From assembly GCA_013202975.1 (NCBI GenBank), contig JABMQY010000014.1, positions 1 through 63,314 of the forward strand: a DNA stretch of 63,314 nt, read 5' to 3'. The position numbers and the translations under genes were made by a program. Origin of the DNA: Candidatus Saganbacteria bacterium. Lineage in GTDB: Bacteria > Margulisbacteria > WOR-1 > XYC2-FULL-46-14. Positions 52,011-62,100 of the stretch are shown piece by piece. Each line of letters opens with the position of its first letter. Position 1 is the stretch's first letter. The notes beneath the pieces were generated by a model. The model searched no databases and was not told where the DNA came from. It was given only the letters and a program-made list of their open reading frames with translations.

Positions 52011-53587
52011 CAAGATTTGGAATTTGGATTTTATTTGGATTTTGGATTTTGATTTTTGGATTTCCAGCGGCAGCTGGCGTTATTGACCCTCTCAGAATCG
52101 GCGGCGGCGCCAGACCAATTGCAATGGGTAGAACCTCGACCGCCGCCCCGGGAAGATTAGATGCAATATACGGTAACCCGGCAAACAGCGCAGATTTAAT
52201 CGGCTTTGGATTAAACTCTATGCAGGTAAAAGTAGCAGAAGATGTTAACTACACCCTGGTTGGCATGGGAGTGCCGACAAAACTTGGGATAGTATCAATC
52301 GGATATCTTGGATCAATTGTCAGCGGCATAAACCAAACCGCCAAAACAAATAACCGGGTTGTCTCTACCGGGACTTTTGATTACAGCAGTTCGGTCATCT
52401 CACTTGGCTTGGCACGTCCCCTATCATCAAAACTTTCTTTTGGCAGCACCTTAAAAATGTATAGCCGCTCTTTTGGCGGCATTGCCGGCGGATCTGCCAG
52501 CGGACTGGGATTTGATATTGGAACATTAATGAAACTTAGAAAAAATCTGTCTCTTGGACTAAGTCTGCAGAATCTTCTCCCCTCCACTCTTTCTCAACTT
52601 ACCTGGACAAACGGGACAAAAGAAGAGCTGCCCGCCACATTTCGGGCGGGAATTGCTTTTTCTCCAAAATCAAACCTCCTGGTCGCCCTTGATCTTTCCA
52701 CCTTTACAGACAGCCCTTCTGAATTGCGCAGCGGGATTGAATGGCAGGTTAATCATTTCCTTGCATTGCGGGGAGGAATTGAATATCTTCCGAGCGGTGG
52801 GCTGGGCTATCGCACCAATCCTACCCTGGGAATCGGTCTGATCAAAAGAAATATAGGATTTGATTATGCCTACTATTCCGACGGCACCCTTGCTGCAAAC
52901 TCAACCCATTATTTTTCGCTTTCGTTTAAGTTTGCCCAAAAAGCATCATATTCGCCCCAAAAAGCCAAAACAAAAACAGTTAAAGCAGTTAAAACAGAAC
53001 AAATCGGACTTCTAGAAAAAGAACAAGAATTAATTAGACAGATTGAATCATACATTACATTGCTGCGGGAAAAAGTTAAAGCAGCAAAAGTCAGCGCACA
53101 AAAAGATAAAATCAGAGAGTTAATCGAGTTTGAACGGGTAAAAATGATTGCTGCCTATAAAAACATCTTACTGAAAAGAAAAATTATTCCCCCCAAAGAT
53201 GACCAGGCAGAAATAGAGCAGATCGAAAAATATATTGAACTGCTGCAGCAAAAAGTTGGGACAGCTCAGTCTTACAATAAAAAACAACAGGTAAGACAAC
53301 TAATTGGGTATGAACGGGCAAAGCTTATTAAAACATTTAGAAATATTTTTAATATTGAAAAGACCACCCCCGAAGGATGGGAAGAACTAACTTCTGGCGA
53401 GCAAAAAAGCATAAAACGCATCAAAAAATACATCTACCTTCTCCAGACGAAACTTTCAAAAACAAAATCCCCGCACAAACAGACAAAAATAAAAAAACTT
53501 ATCAGTTTTGAAAAAGTAAAGCTGGGCCTTATCTACAAGGGCAGAGAAGCTTTACAAACAACCTCTAATCCTGATAAGATTAAATAA
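52007..53587 (+). CDS. PorV/PorQ-family outer-membrane beta-barrel with C-terminal helical repeat extension
   Basis: Signal peptide, GARPIAMG...YGNPA plug motif, barrel strands (GFDIG, LRSGIEW, LALRGG, FDYAY, HYFSLSFKF), then three ~45-aa helical repeats. Confidence 0.8.
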   Translation: MTRFGIWILFGFWILIFGFPAAAGVIDPLRIGGGARPIAMGRTSTAAPGRLDAIYGNPANSADLIGFGLNSMQVKVAEDVNYTLVGMGVPTKLGIVSIGYLGSIVSGINQTAKTNNRVVSTGTFDYSSSVISLGLARPLSSKLSFGSTLKMYSRSFGGIAGGSASGLGFDIGTLMKLRKNLSLGLSLQNLLPSTLSQLTWTNGTKEELPATFRAGIAFSPKSNLLVALDLSTFTDSPSELRSGIEWQVNHFLALRGGIEYLPSGGLGYRTNPTLGIGLIKRNIGFDYAYYSDGTLAANSTHYFSLSFKFAQKASYSPQKAKTKTVKAVKTEQIGLLEKEQELIRQIESYITLLREKVKAAKVSAQKDKIRELIEFERVKMIAAYKNILLKRKIIPPKDDQAEIEQIEKYIELLQQKVGTAQSYNKKQQVRQLIGYERAKLIKTFRNIFNIEKTTPEGWEELTSGEQKSIKRIKKYIYLLQTKLSKTKSPHKQTKIKKLISFEKVKLGLIYKGREALQTTSNPDKIK

Positions 53588-53597
53588 CAGATAAGAT

Positions 53598-54485
53598 ATG
53601 CCAGCAATTAAATACGCTATTGGAAGAATACGTGCTCTGGAAGCCCGCATACTGGATGAAAACAAACTAATCCGAATGTGTAATGCGCAGGATTTCCAGC
53701 AGGCCTTTCACATCTTAAACGAAACTGACTATGCAGAATTATTCAACAAAACCTTATCACCCTTTGATTTTGACACCATGTTGGATCTGGCCCGCCTTGA
53801 AATAAAAAAATTCTGCGAAACAGTGCTGCCTAAAAACCCGATTATTTCCGCTTTTTGGGCAAAATATGATTATGAAAATATAAAAATATTAATCGTGGCT
53901 AAACTTAATAAAAAAGAGCCTCCCCGCCTGTTTCAATGCGGCAATATTAATACGAAAAATCTTGAGGGTTATATTTTCAAAGATCTCAATCTGGTTGGCA
54001 GATACACAAAAGAACTGATTTCTAAAGCCACAAAAACACATGCTGAATCAAACGACATTTTGGCGGTTTTTGATCAGATCGACCTAGCCTACCTAAAACT
54101 ACTCGGAAAAACAACCAAGAAATCCGGTTCCGCTCTATTTATAAAATGGGCAGAATATTATGCTGACCTCTACCAGCTCAAAAGAATGCTCCGGGAAAAG
54201 AAAGAAACAGGAAAAATAGAGTCAGCCTTTTCTGCAAAGGACTTTTATCCCTGCATCCAGCCAGAGCTTACAAACACCCAAATGTACAAAATTGAAAAAG
54301 AAATTGACCGGTTTTTAATTGACCACATAAAAAGGGCTAAATACTTATGTTCCGGAATAGAGCCGATCCTGGTATTTCTTTTTGCCAAAGAAATAGAAAT
54401 TTTAAACATAAGCCTGATCCTTGAATGCAAAAAGAACCATGTCCCGCCGGAAAAAATCAAAGAAAGGATCCGTTATAATGTCTAA
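53598..54485 (+). CDS. atpC: V/A-type ATPase subunit C
   Basis: YAIGRIRALE, YDYENIKIL, EPILVFLFAKEIEILNISLI...IKERIR. Confidence 0.9.
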   Translation: MPAIKYAIGRIRALEARILDENKLIRMCNAQDFQQAFHILNETDYAELFNKTLSPFDFDTMLDLARLEIKKFCETVLPKNPIISAFWAKYDYENIKILIVAKLNKKEPPRLFQCGNINTKNLEGYIFKDLNLVGRYTKELISKATKTHAESNDILAVFDQIDLAYLKLLGKTTKKSGSALFIKWAEYYADLYQLKRMLREKKETGKIESAFSAKDFYPCIQPELTNTQMYKIEKEIDRFLIDHIKRAKYLCSGIEPILVFLFAKEIEILNISLILECKKNHVPPEKIKERIRYNV

Positions 54486-54798
54486 AATTGCTTTTATCGG
54501 TCCGGCCACGTTAGCTAAACTGCTCAAACTGCAGGGAATTGACACCTTTGCCTGTGAACACGAACCGGAAACAAGAAAAACACTCAACAATATTATGAAC
54601 CAAAAAAAACACCGGCTGGTTTTTCTAACCGAAGCACTGGCAACTCAGCTAAGCGACTTAGATAAAATCTTAACTAAAGAAGAAATTAATGTTATGATTA
54701 TTCCAGATAACCGCGGAGGCGGAGAACTAAGTCAGGAAAAGATTGATCGTCTGGTAAAATTTGCATTAGGGGGAGAGGTTACAATAGAAAATGGGTAA
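54478..54798 (+). CDS. atpF: V/A-type ATPase subunit F
   Basis: MSKIAFIG...LQGID...LVFLTE...IIPD...KFALG. Start reassigned from 54421. Confidence 0.9.
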   Translation: MSKIAFIGPATLAKLLKLQGIDTFACEHEPETRKTLNNIMNQKKHRLVFLTEALATQLSDLDKILTKEEINVMIIPDNRGGGELSQEKIDRLVKFALGGEVTIENG

Positions 54799-56542
54799 AA
54801 TCATAAAAGTTGCAGGTCCATTAGTAGTAGCAGAATTGCCGGGCGGTAAAAACGGGGATATGGTCGAGGTGGGAGAGCTAAAACTGATTGGAGAAATAAT
54901 TGAGCTTAAAGGCAATCAGGCCTCAATCCAGGTTTATGAAGAGACCTCCGGCCTAAAAGTCGGAGACGAAATTACCAGCACCAACACCCCCCTGTCTGTA
55001 GAATTGGGCCCGGGACTTCTTTCTGCAATTTATGACGGGATCCAGCGCCCGCTTGATCTGATAATGAAAGAAAGCGGAAACTTCATCAAAAGGGGCGTGA
55101 AGGTATCCAAGCTTGACCGAAAGAAGAAATGGCATTTTGTCCCTGTTGCAAAAGCAGGTGAAAATGTTATCCAGGGAGATATATTAGGAACGGTACAAGA
55201 AACCTCACTGGTCAGCCATAAAATCATGGCCCCCAAAGGAATACAAGGAACTGTTGATAAAATTGAAGAAGGCGATTTTACAATCGATCACCCTATCGCA
55301 ATTGTTTCCGGCAATAAGGTTACTATGGTCCAAAAAAGACCGATCCGCCAGAGAAATCTATTAGATAAAAAAGAAGCGGTCACTTCTCAGTTGATAACAG
55401 GCCAGAGGATAATTGACACGCTATTTCCGATTGCTCGAGGAGGGACTGCAGCGGTCCCCGGACCTTTTGGCGCGGGAAAAACAGTGATTCAACACCAACT
55501 GGCAAAATGGTCTAATGCCGATATTATTATTTTTGTCGGCTGCGGGGAACGCGGCAACGAAATGACCGACGTTCTGCTTGAATTCCCCAAGTTAAAAGAT
55601 CCAAAAACCGGCAAACCCTTAATGGAAAGAACGGTTCTAATCGCCAACACTTCTAATATGCCTATTGCTGCCCGCGAAGCATCAGTTAATACCGGCGCAA
55701 CTATTGCGGAATATTTTAGAGACATGGGATATCATGTTGCCCTGATGGCTGATTCAACTTCACGCTGGGCTGAGGCTCTTCGTGAGATGTCGGGAAGATT
55801 AGAAGAAATGCCAGGGGAAGAGGGATATCCGGCCTATCTGGCTTCGCGTTTAGCCGCTTTTTATGAAAGAGCCGGCTATGGAGAATGCCACGGCAAAGAC
55901 CAAAGAAAGGGATCCCTAACAATCATAGGGTCTGTTTCTCCTCCAGGAGGAGATTTATCCGAACCGGTAGTGCAAAACACCCTGCGGGTTGTAAAAGTAT
56001 TCTGGGGACTAGACTACAAACTTGCCCACGCCCGCCATTTTCCTGCCATCAACTGGATAATGTCCTATTCACTTTATGTAGAGAACTTATCACCATTTTT
56101 AATAAATGAAGTTGCAGATGACTTTGTAAAATTACGGGAAGAGACCCTGGCCCTTCTAAGTAAAGAAGATGCCCTGGACGAAATTGTGCGCCTGGTCGGA
56201 CTGGAAGCCTTATCAGAACAGGAACAATTAGTTCTCCTGGTTTCAAAGTCAGTCCGTGAGGATTTTCTTTATCAAAGCGCCTTCGACCCGATCGACCAGT
56301 ATTCTACCCTAAAAAAGCAGTATTATATCCTAAAATTAATCATTTCAATTTTTCATAACGGCAAAAAGATACTGGCTCAGGGTTTGCCTCTTGAAGAAAT
56401 AAAAAAAATTACTTTTTATGAGGAGCTTGGCAAGGTCCGTTTTGTGCCCGAAAACGAAATGGAAGAGTACTATAAAACAGCAAAAAGCAAGATAGATGAA
56501 GAAGTAAAAAGCTTACTGGGAGCGGTCAGCCAAAATGTATGA
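54791..56542 (+). CDS. atpA: V/A-type ATPase catalytic subunit A
   Basis: [38 protein letters not shown]. Confidence 0.98.
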   Translation: MGKIIKVAGPLVVAELPGGKNGDMVEVGELKLIGEIIELKGNQASIQVYEETSGLKVGDEITSTNTPLSVELGPGLLSAIYDGIQRPLDLIMKESGNFIKRGVKVSKLDRKKKWHFVPVAKAGENVIQGDILGTVQETSLVSHKIMAPKGIQGTVDKIEEGDFTIDHPIAIVSGNKVTMVQKRPIRQRNLLDKKEAVTSQLITGQRIIDTLFPIARGGTAAVPGPFGAGKTVIQHQLAKWSNADIIIFVGCGERGNEMTDVLLEFPKLKDPKTGKPLMERTVLIANTSNMPIAAREASVNTGATIAEYFRDMGYHVALMADSTSRWAEALREMSGRLEEMPGEEGYPAYLASRLAAFYERAGYGECHGKDQRKGSLTIIGSVSPPGGDLSEPVVQNTLRVVKVFWGLDYKLAHARHFPAINWIMSYSLYVENLSPFLINEVADDFVKLREETLALLSKEDALDEIVRLVGLEALSEQEQLVLLVSKSVREDFLYQSAFDPIDQYSTLKKQYYILKLIISIFHNGKKILAQGLPLEEIKKITFYEELGKVRFVPENEMEEYYKTAKSKIDEEVKSLLGAVSQNV

Positions 56543-57896
56543 AATAAAAGAAATATCAGGCCCATTAGTATTAGTAGGCGGATGCAGCGGAGTCGGATTT
56601 GATGAACTGGTTTTGATTGAACTTAAAAACCAGGAAAAACGCAACGGACGGGTGCTTGAAGTCCATAATGACCTGGCACTGGTCCAGGTTTTTGAGGGTA
56701 CTCAGGGATTAGACACCAAATCTCTTAAAATAACTTTTAGGGGAAAAGGGCTGGAGCTTGGGGTCTCGCCGGATCTTTTGGGTAGAATATTCTCTGGCCT
56801 GGGAAAACCAATTGATAATGCCCCGGAAATAATTCCGGAAAAAAAAGCAGATATAAACGGAGCCACAATCAATCCCTATGCCAGAAATTATCCCAATGAT
56901 TTCATTCAGACCGGAATCTCAACTATTGATGGTCTAATTACCCTGACCCGCGGACAAAAGCTTCCTATTTTTTCTGCCTCCGGTCTGCCCCACTCCCGCA
57001 TCGCCGCCCAAATTGCCCGCCAGGCACATGTAAAGAATAAATCGGATAGTTTTGCGGTTGTCTTTGGTGCGATGGGAATTACATTTGAAGAAGCAGATTT
57101 CTTTATAACCAATTTCAAAAAGACCGGTGCAATAGAAAACACCACTATGTTTATCAACCTGGCCTCTGACCCCGCAATTGAGCGAATCGCCACACCACGG
57201 GTTGCATTAACCTGCGCAGAATATCTGGCTTTTGACCTGAATATGCACGTATTAGTAATTCTAACCGATATGACTAATTACTGCGAAAGTTTACGGGAGG
57301 TATCGGCCGCCCGGTTTGAAGTTCCCGGACGGAGAGGCTATCCCGGATATCTCTATACTGACCTTGCCACTATATATGAAAGAGCAGGAAGGTTAAAAGA
57401 CAAAGAGGGTTCAATTACCCTGATTCCGGTTTTGACTATGCCAGGAGACGATAAAACCCACCCCATCCCTGATCTGACCGGATACATTACAGAAGGACAG
57501 ATTATTTTAGACAGAAGTTTAGAGCGCAAAGGGATTTATCCTCCGATCGATCCCCTCCCCTCATTATCCAGGCTAAGGGATAAGGCAATAGGAATAGGAA
57601 AAACCCGGGAAGACCACCCCTCTGTTGCAAACCAGCTTTTTGCCGCATATGCAAAGGGACGGGAAGTAAGAGAGCTGGTTGTTGTAATCGGTGAGGGCGC
57701 CCTTTCCGAGACTGACAAAAAATACATGGAGTTTGCCGAACAATTTGAAATGCGTTTTATAGAGCAGGGAGAAGAAGAAAACCGCTCTATTGTAGATACT
57801 TTAAATCTGGGCTGGGAACTTTTGAGTATTCTGCCCCGCACTGAATTAAAAAGAATCAAAGACGAAATCTTTCAGAAGTATGCGAAAAAATCCTAA
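56535..57896 (+). CDS. atpB: V/A-type ATPase subunit B
   Basis: [34 protein letters not shown]. Confidence 0.98.
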   Translation: MYEIKEISGPLVLVGGCSGVGFDELVLIELKNQEKRNGRVLEVHNDLALVQVFEGTQGLDTKSLKITFRGKGLELGVSPDLLGRIFSGLGKPIDNAPEIIPEKKADINGATINPYARNYPNDFIQTGISTIDGLITLTRGQKLPIFSASGLPHSRIAAQIARQAHVKNKSDSFAVVFGAMGITFEEADFFITNFKKTGAIENTTMFINLASDPAIERIATPRVALTCAEYLAFDLNMHVLVILTDMTNYCESLREVSAARFEVPGRRGYPGYLYTDLATIYERAGRLKDKEGSITLIPVLTMPGDDKTHPIPDLTGYITEGQIILDRSLERKGIYPPIDPLPSLSRLRDKAIGIGKTREDHPSVANQLFAAYAKGREVRELVVVIGEGALSETDKKYMEFAEQFEMRFIEQGEEENRSIVDTLNLGWELLSILPRTELKRIKDEIFQKYAKKS

Positions 57897-58494
57897 TCCT
57901 ACCAGAATGGAGCTGCTGCGGCTTAGCCGGCGCCGGGTTATGGCGGAGCGCGGGCACAAACTGCTAAAAGACAAGCTGGACGGACTGACCCATCGCTTTA
58001 TGGATATTTTAAAGGTTTACCGCAAGAGCTCGGCCAATACCTACCAGCAGTTAAGCAAAATTTTTACCAAAATGATTCTTGCCTCTGCCCAGGTTGATGA
58101 AACCACTCTTGATATGCTTACTTTTTCTCCAAAGCGTGAATCGACATTAGATGTCACCATAAAAAACATTATGGGGGTAAAGATTCACTCCTATAACTTA
58201 AAAACTGAGGGGGAGTTAAGAAACTACGGATATTTACACGTGCCGGCCGAGGTTGATGAATCATCAAAGGAATTTGCCGACCTCTTCCCTACCCTGATTA
58301 AACTGGCAGAATCAAAAAAGGCTATTGAACTAATTGCAAAAGAAATATATGATATTAAGCGAAGGGTAAATGCGCTTGAGTTCATCTTAATCCCCGAATT
58401 AAGCTCAATGATTACTTATATTAAGATGAAATTAGCCGAGATGGAGAGGGCCAATCGAGTTGCTCTAATAAAAATTAAGGGGGCTGTTAAATAA
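57880..58494 (+). CDS. atpD: V/A-type ATPase subunit D
   Basis: [25 protein letters not shown]. Confidence 0.97.
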   Translation: MRKNPNPTRMELLRLSRRRVMAERGHKLLKDKLDGLTHRFMDILKVYRKSSANTYQQLSKIFTKMILASAQVDETTLDMLTFSPKRESTLDVTIKNIMGVKIHSYNLKTEGELRNYGYLHVPAEVDESSKEFADLFPTLIKLAESKKAIELIAKEIYDIKRRVNALEFILIPELSSMITYIKMKLAEMERANRVALIKIKGAVK

Positions 58495-58495
58495 T

Positions 58496-58831
58496 ATGAG
58501 ATTTGAAATTGACGAAACCCATTTTACGGTTGCTAATTTGTTGTTACTTCTTTTGGCCTGGGCTAATACCTGCTATATTTTGGTAATATTCTTAAGAAAT
58601 ATCCTCCCCCTTTTGGTAACCACAATTTTGGTGATAACTGGCACAGTTCTTACCCTGGCCATGGTTATTATAACCATAATTGTGACCATCCGCTGGATCC
58701 AGCATCATAATATGGGCTGGATATTTTTGATCGGCCTAATAATCCTTTTCGTCCTCTCCTTTAGCCTTGAATCGACTGTCCGCGGTATCTTTATGCGTGA
58801 ACAGACCTATAGAAATCAAGAAATGTACTAG
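58496..58831 (+). CDS. Small hypothetical membrane protein (3 TM)
   Basis: 111 aa, three hydrophobic segments, starting 1 nt after the atpD stop. Confidence 0.65.
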   Translation: MRFEIDETHFTVANLLLLLLAWANTCYILVIFLRNILPLLVTTILVITGTVLTLAMVIITIIVTIRWIQHHNMGWIFLIGLIILFVLSFSLESTVRGIFMREQTYRNQEMY

Positions 58832-59071
58832 AATTCTTTAATCCCTCAACCCTAATCTTATCCCTGGATAGTGATCTTCTCGGATATCCCTGATAGGAAA
58901 AGCCCAAATCGTTACCCAGATAGTCCCAGATTTCCCTGATATCATATATTTTTTTGTCATTTTTATCTGGGAGATCAGAGAGATCCGGGAAAAATCTGAG
59001 GGCCTTAATATCCGGGAGATCCGGGACTATCAAAATCAGGGATAAAATCCGGGATCTGGGTTTAAAGAATT
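58832..59071. repeat. 240-bp imperfect palindromic element built of 9-nt units
   Basis: Terminal IR AATTCTTTAATCCC / GGGTTTAAAGAATT. Left arm has ATCCCTGAT-type units and right arm has ATC(C/T/A)GGGAG-type units. Confidence 0.65.
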
Positions 59072-59085
59072 AATACAAAATTACC

Positions 59086-59120
59086 TGAAATTTCTTGTTA
59101 AACCAACAGATAATATATAG
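59086..59120 (+). promoter_or_regulatory. Conserved alternative-sigma-like promoter, copy 5
   Basis: TGAAATTT-CTTGTTAAACCAAC-AGATA-ATATATAG (C->A in the -10 box), followed by GGGG and ATG 59130. Confidence 0.65.
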
Positions 59121-59129
59121 GGGAAAAGT

Positions 59130-62100
59130 ATGCCCAAAATTACAGGTTCATATCTATTTAATAATTGGAAATCATGGGTCGGCCTGCGTAGTGCTGGTCC
59201 CATAAAGCTAACCAATATCCAAAGCATTCCTAATTGGAAGAAAGAATGGGGAGCAGAAAAGCCAGGGTCAGATGAAATCACAGCAGCTAATAAAGCAACC
59301 GAAACAGTATTAAGACTTTATGGCAGTATTGAATCCTCACGTGCAGCTGCTTATATTCTTGTTGAAACCAATATCAAAGCGCTTTATCTGGCAAACAGAG
59401 ATGCAGCAATCACTACTCTGGCTTATTATAGAGGTAATCATGAAGGTTTAGCAGTTTATTTAAGAAAAAATACAACCCCTGCTTTTTGGGCAGAATTGAT
59501 CGGGCCTCTTCTTAATGAGGATGCCAAATACGCTTCTGGCGCTATATCACTTCTAGATATGTTATTTTATTCTATCCCACAAAAAGAGGAAATAGGACCA
59601 TTCTTTGTAGATCACGGTCTTGCCAAAAGCCTGCTTGAATGGGTCAGCACTTCAGAACCCCATAAACTAACATCTGACTTTGGATCCCTTCTTCCAAAAC
59701 TCTTACTAATGGCAAATAAGGTTTTGAAAACTTGTATTGAACAAGAAGATAATAAAATCTGGAAAAGTCTAAGTGAAGAAACAAGAGAAAAGCTATTAAC
59801 CTACAACGAAACTGTCTCCAATGCAAATTTATTAAAAAAGCGTGTAGACAAGGCTCATACGACTTGGAAAAAAGAATGGGGAGAGGGTCCTGATGATCGA
59901 GCTATTGTAAAAGCAAAGAAAGAATTAAAAATAATTAGAGAGACTTTTGGAGGTACAAAAAGCTCTCTTTCCGCCAACTCACTGGCAGACGGAGTTGATC
60001 TGGTTGATATCAGGGCCCTCTATCTTGTAGATAAAGAAGCAGCAATTGATACTCTTGCATATATGTCTGGATGCCACACGACAATAGCTGGTCTTTTAAG
60101 ACTGGACACAACGCCGGCTTTTTGGGCAGAATTGATCGGGCCACTTCTTAAAAAAGATGCCAAACATGCCTCTGGCGCTCTAGCACTTCTTAATATGTTA
60201 TTTAATTCTAATCAACAAAAAGACAAATTCGGACCATTTTTTGTAGATCACGGTCTGGCTAAGCCATTACTTGAATGGATTGGCAGGGCAAAACCCGGAG
60301 AGCTTGGTACTCATCACGAAACACTTATATTAATGGCAAGTAAAATTCTAAAAACCTGTCTTGAACGAAAAGACATAAAGATTTGGGAGAGCCTTAGTGA
60401 CGAGACTAGAGAAAAGTTGTTCACTCATAATGAAACTGTCGTCAATGCAGATCTACTAAACATTGAAGCAATGCGAAACCGCGCAGACGAGGCTCATTCA
60501 GCTTGGAATGAAGAAGCATGGGGATATGCACCATTAGATGAAGAAATTGAAAGAGCCCGAGACTGGATAGAAAACACCGTAAAACAGGATGGATTTAACA
60601 TACACTCACCAGAACTTGCCCATAGCTCATTCAGAAATGGAATCGACTTTGTAGCACTATTTTTGATAGACAAAGAATTATATAAACTTCTTATTGGAAA
60701 TAGTTTTGGAAGGCATAATGATATCTCTGGCCGCCTCAAAGGCCAAACCTTAAGCTTTTGGGCAGAGACGTTAAAGCTCATTTTAGAAGATGATATCGCT
60801 CCTGCAAAAGATTATGACACTGCTATCTGTTATTTAACTAACGCAATGCTTGTTCATCAAAGAGTTATACTAGGAAAACTTACAGAGCTGCTACCAATTA
60901 TTGCAGAGCATAATTTGGAAGAGCCTATTTTAAGACAGGCCAAATTCTTGCGTTATATAACAAACATGACCGCCCGTGGTGGTTTTGTCAATCTACTCAA
61001 AATAATATTTAAATTTGGAGTTTCAGAAACAGATAAATTAGTAAAGATCTGGCAAAAACTACCAGAAGAGAGCAGACAAGCGCTCTTAAAAATAAAAGGG
61101 ATAGAAAAAGAAGCACAAGAGATTCATGATGCATGGGAAGGATCCTCAACAGAAACAGAAACAAAAATTAAATGGAAAGAAGAATGGGGAGCAGCGCCAA
61201 CGGAAAAACAGATTGCAGCCGCAAAAGAATGGGCAGATAAAATAAGAGCCAGCAACATGGAGCTGCGTTCCCGAAACCTGGCAAGTAGAGCACTAACAGA
61301 TAAAGTAAATCTCAAAGCACTTTGGCTGATCGATCCTGGACTGTTAAGAATTCTTATGGTCTTCTGTGCCGGAAGTCATCAAAAAATTGGAGATCAGCTT
61401 GGATACAATGATTCTCTCTGGGCAGAGCTCACCCGATTTTTATTGGAGAGCAAACACGAACCACCCGCAAATGATCATGAAGCAGGACAAGAATATCTAT
61501 CCGGAACTATAAAATACTTATCAAAAATGATTTCAAGTAATTATAACGAATTTATGGCTTTTATTAAGAAAAACAACTTATATGAACCATTTTTAAGACA
61601 AGCCCCATATTTAAAACATATAACCCGTTTTGCAACCGCATTTTTTGGACCTATTTGTGAAGCTGGATTAGAACATTTGATCGAAAATGACCAAGCAGAA
61701 GAGGTTTGGAAAAGCTTATCAGAAAAAGCGAGACAGGGATTATTAGAGGATGAACATACAGAAAGGTTAGCAATTCAGATCCAAAAAGCGTGTCAACAAA
61801 GAGAAGAATATTCCTCGAATGAATTTGAAGCCTTTCAAAAAGCAATTATTGAAATCGAACCTAAGCTATTGCATGAAAAGAGCAAGGTTAACTATTCCAA
61901 AGAGATCGCGCAAAAGTTTTATGAGTTAATCCCAAAAGAAGAGAGGGGAAGAGCACTCGCAGCAATGGATCAGGAGACCGCAGGACTAATTGTAAGATCA
62001 GCCAAAGGGATCCATGGTCCGATCGGAAGAGCCGTTAATGATATGCCAACACAAGCTGCTGTCGAATTACTCGAAAGAGAATTAAAACTGGTTCCCAACG

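Noticed and set aside
36092-53597. Prophage or integrative element as the cause of the V-ATPase split
   Set aside because: No integrase, terminase, capsid, relaxase, tRNA target or att repeats recognised.
58832-59071. Possible CRISPR array
   Set aside because: Units are 9 nt, degenerate and mirror-oriented, with no constant 23-47-nt repeats or unique spacers and no cas genes.
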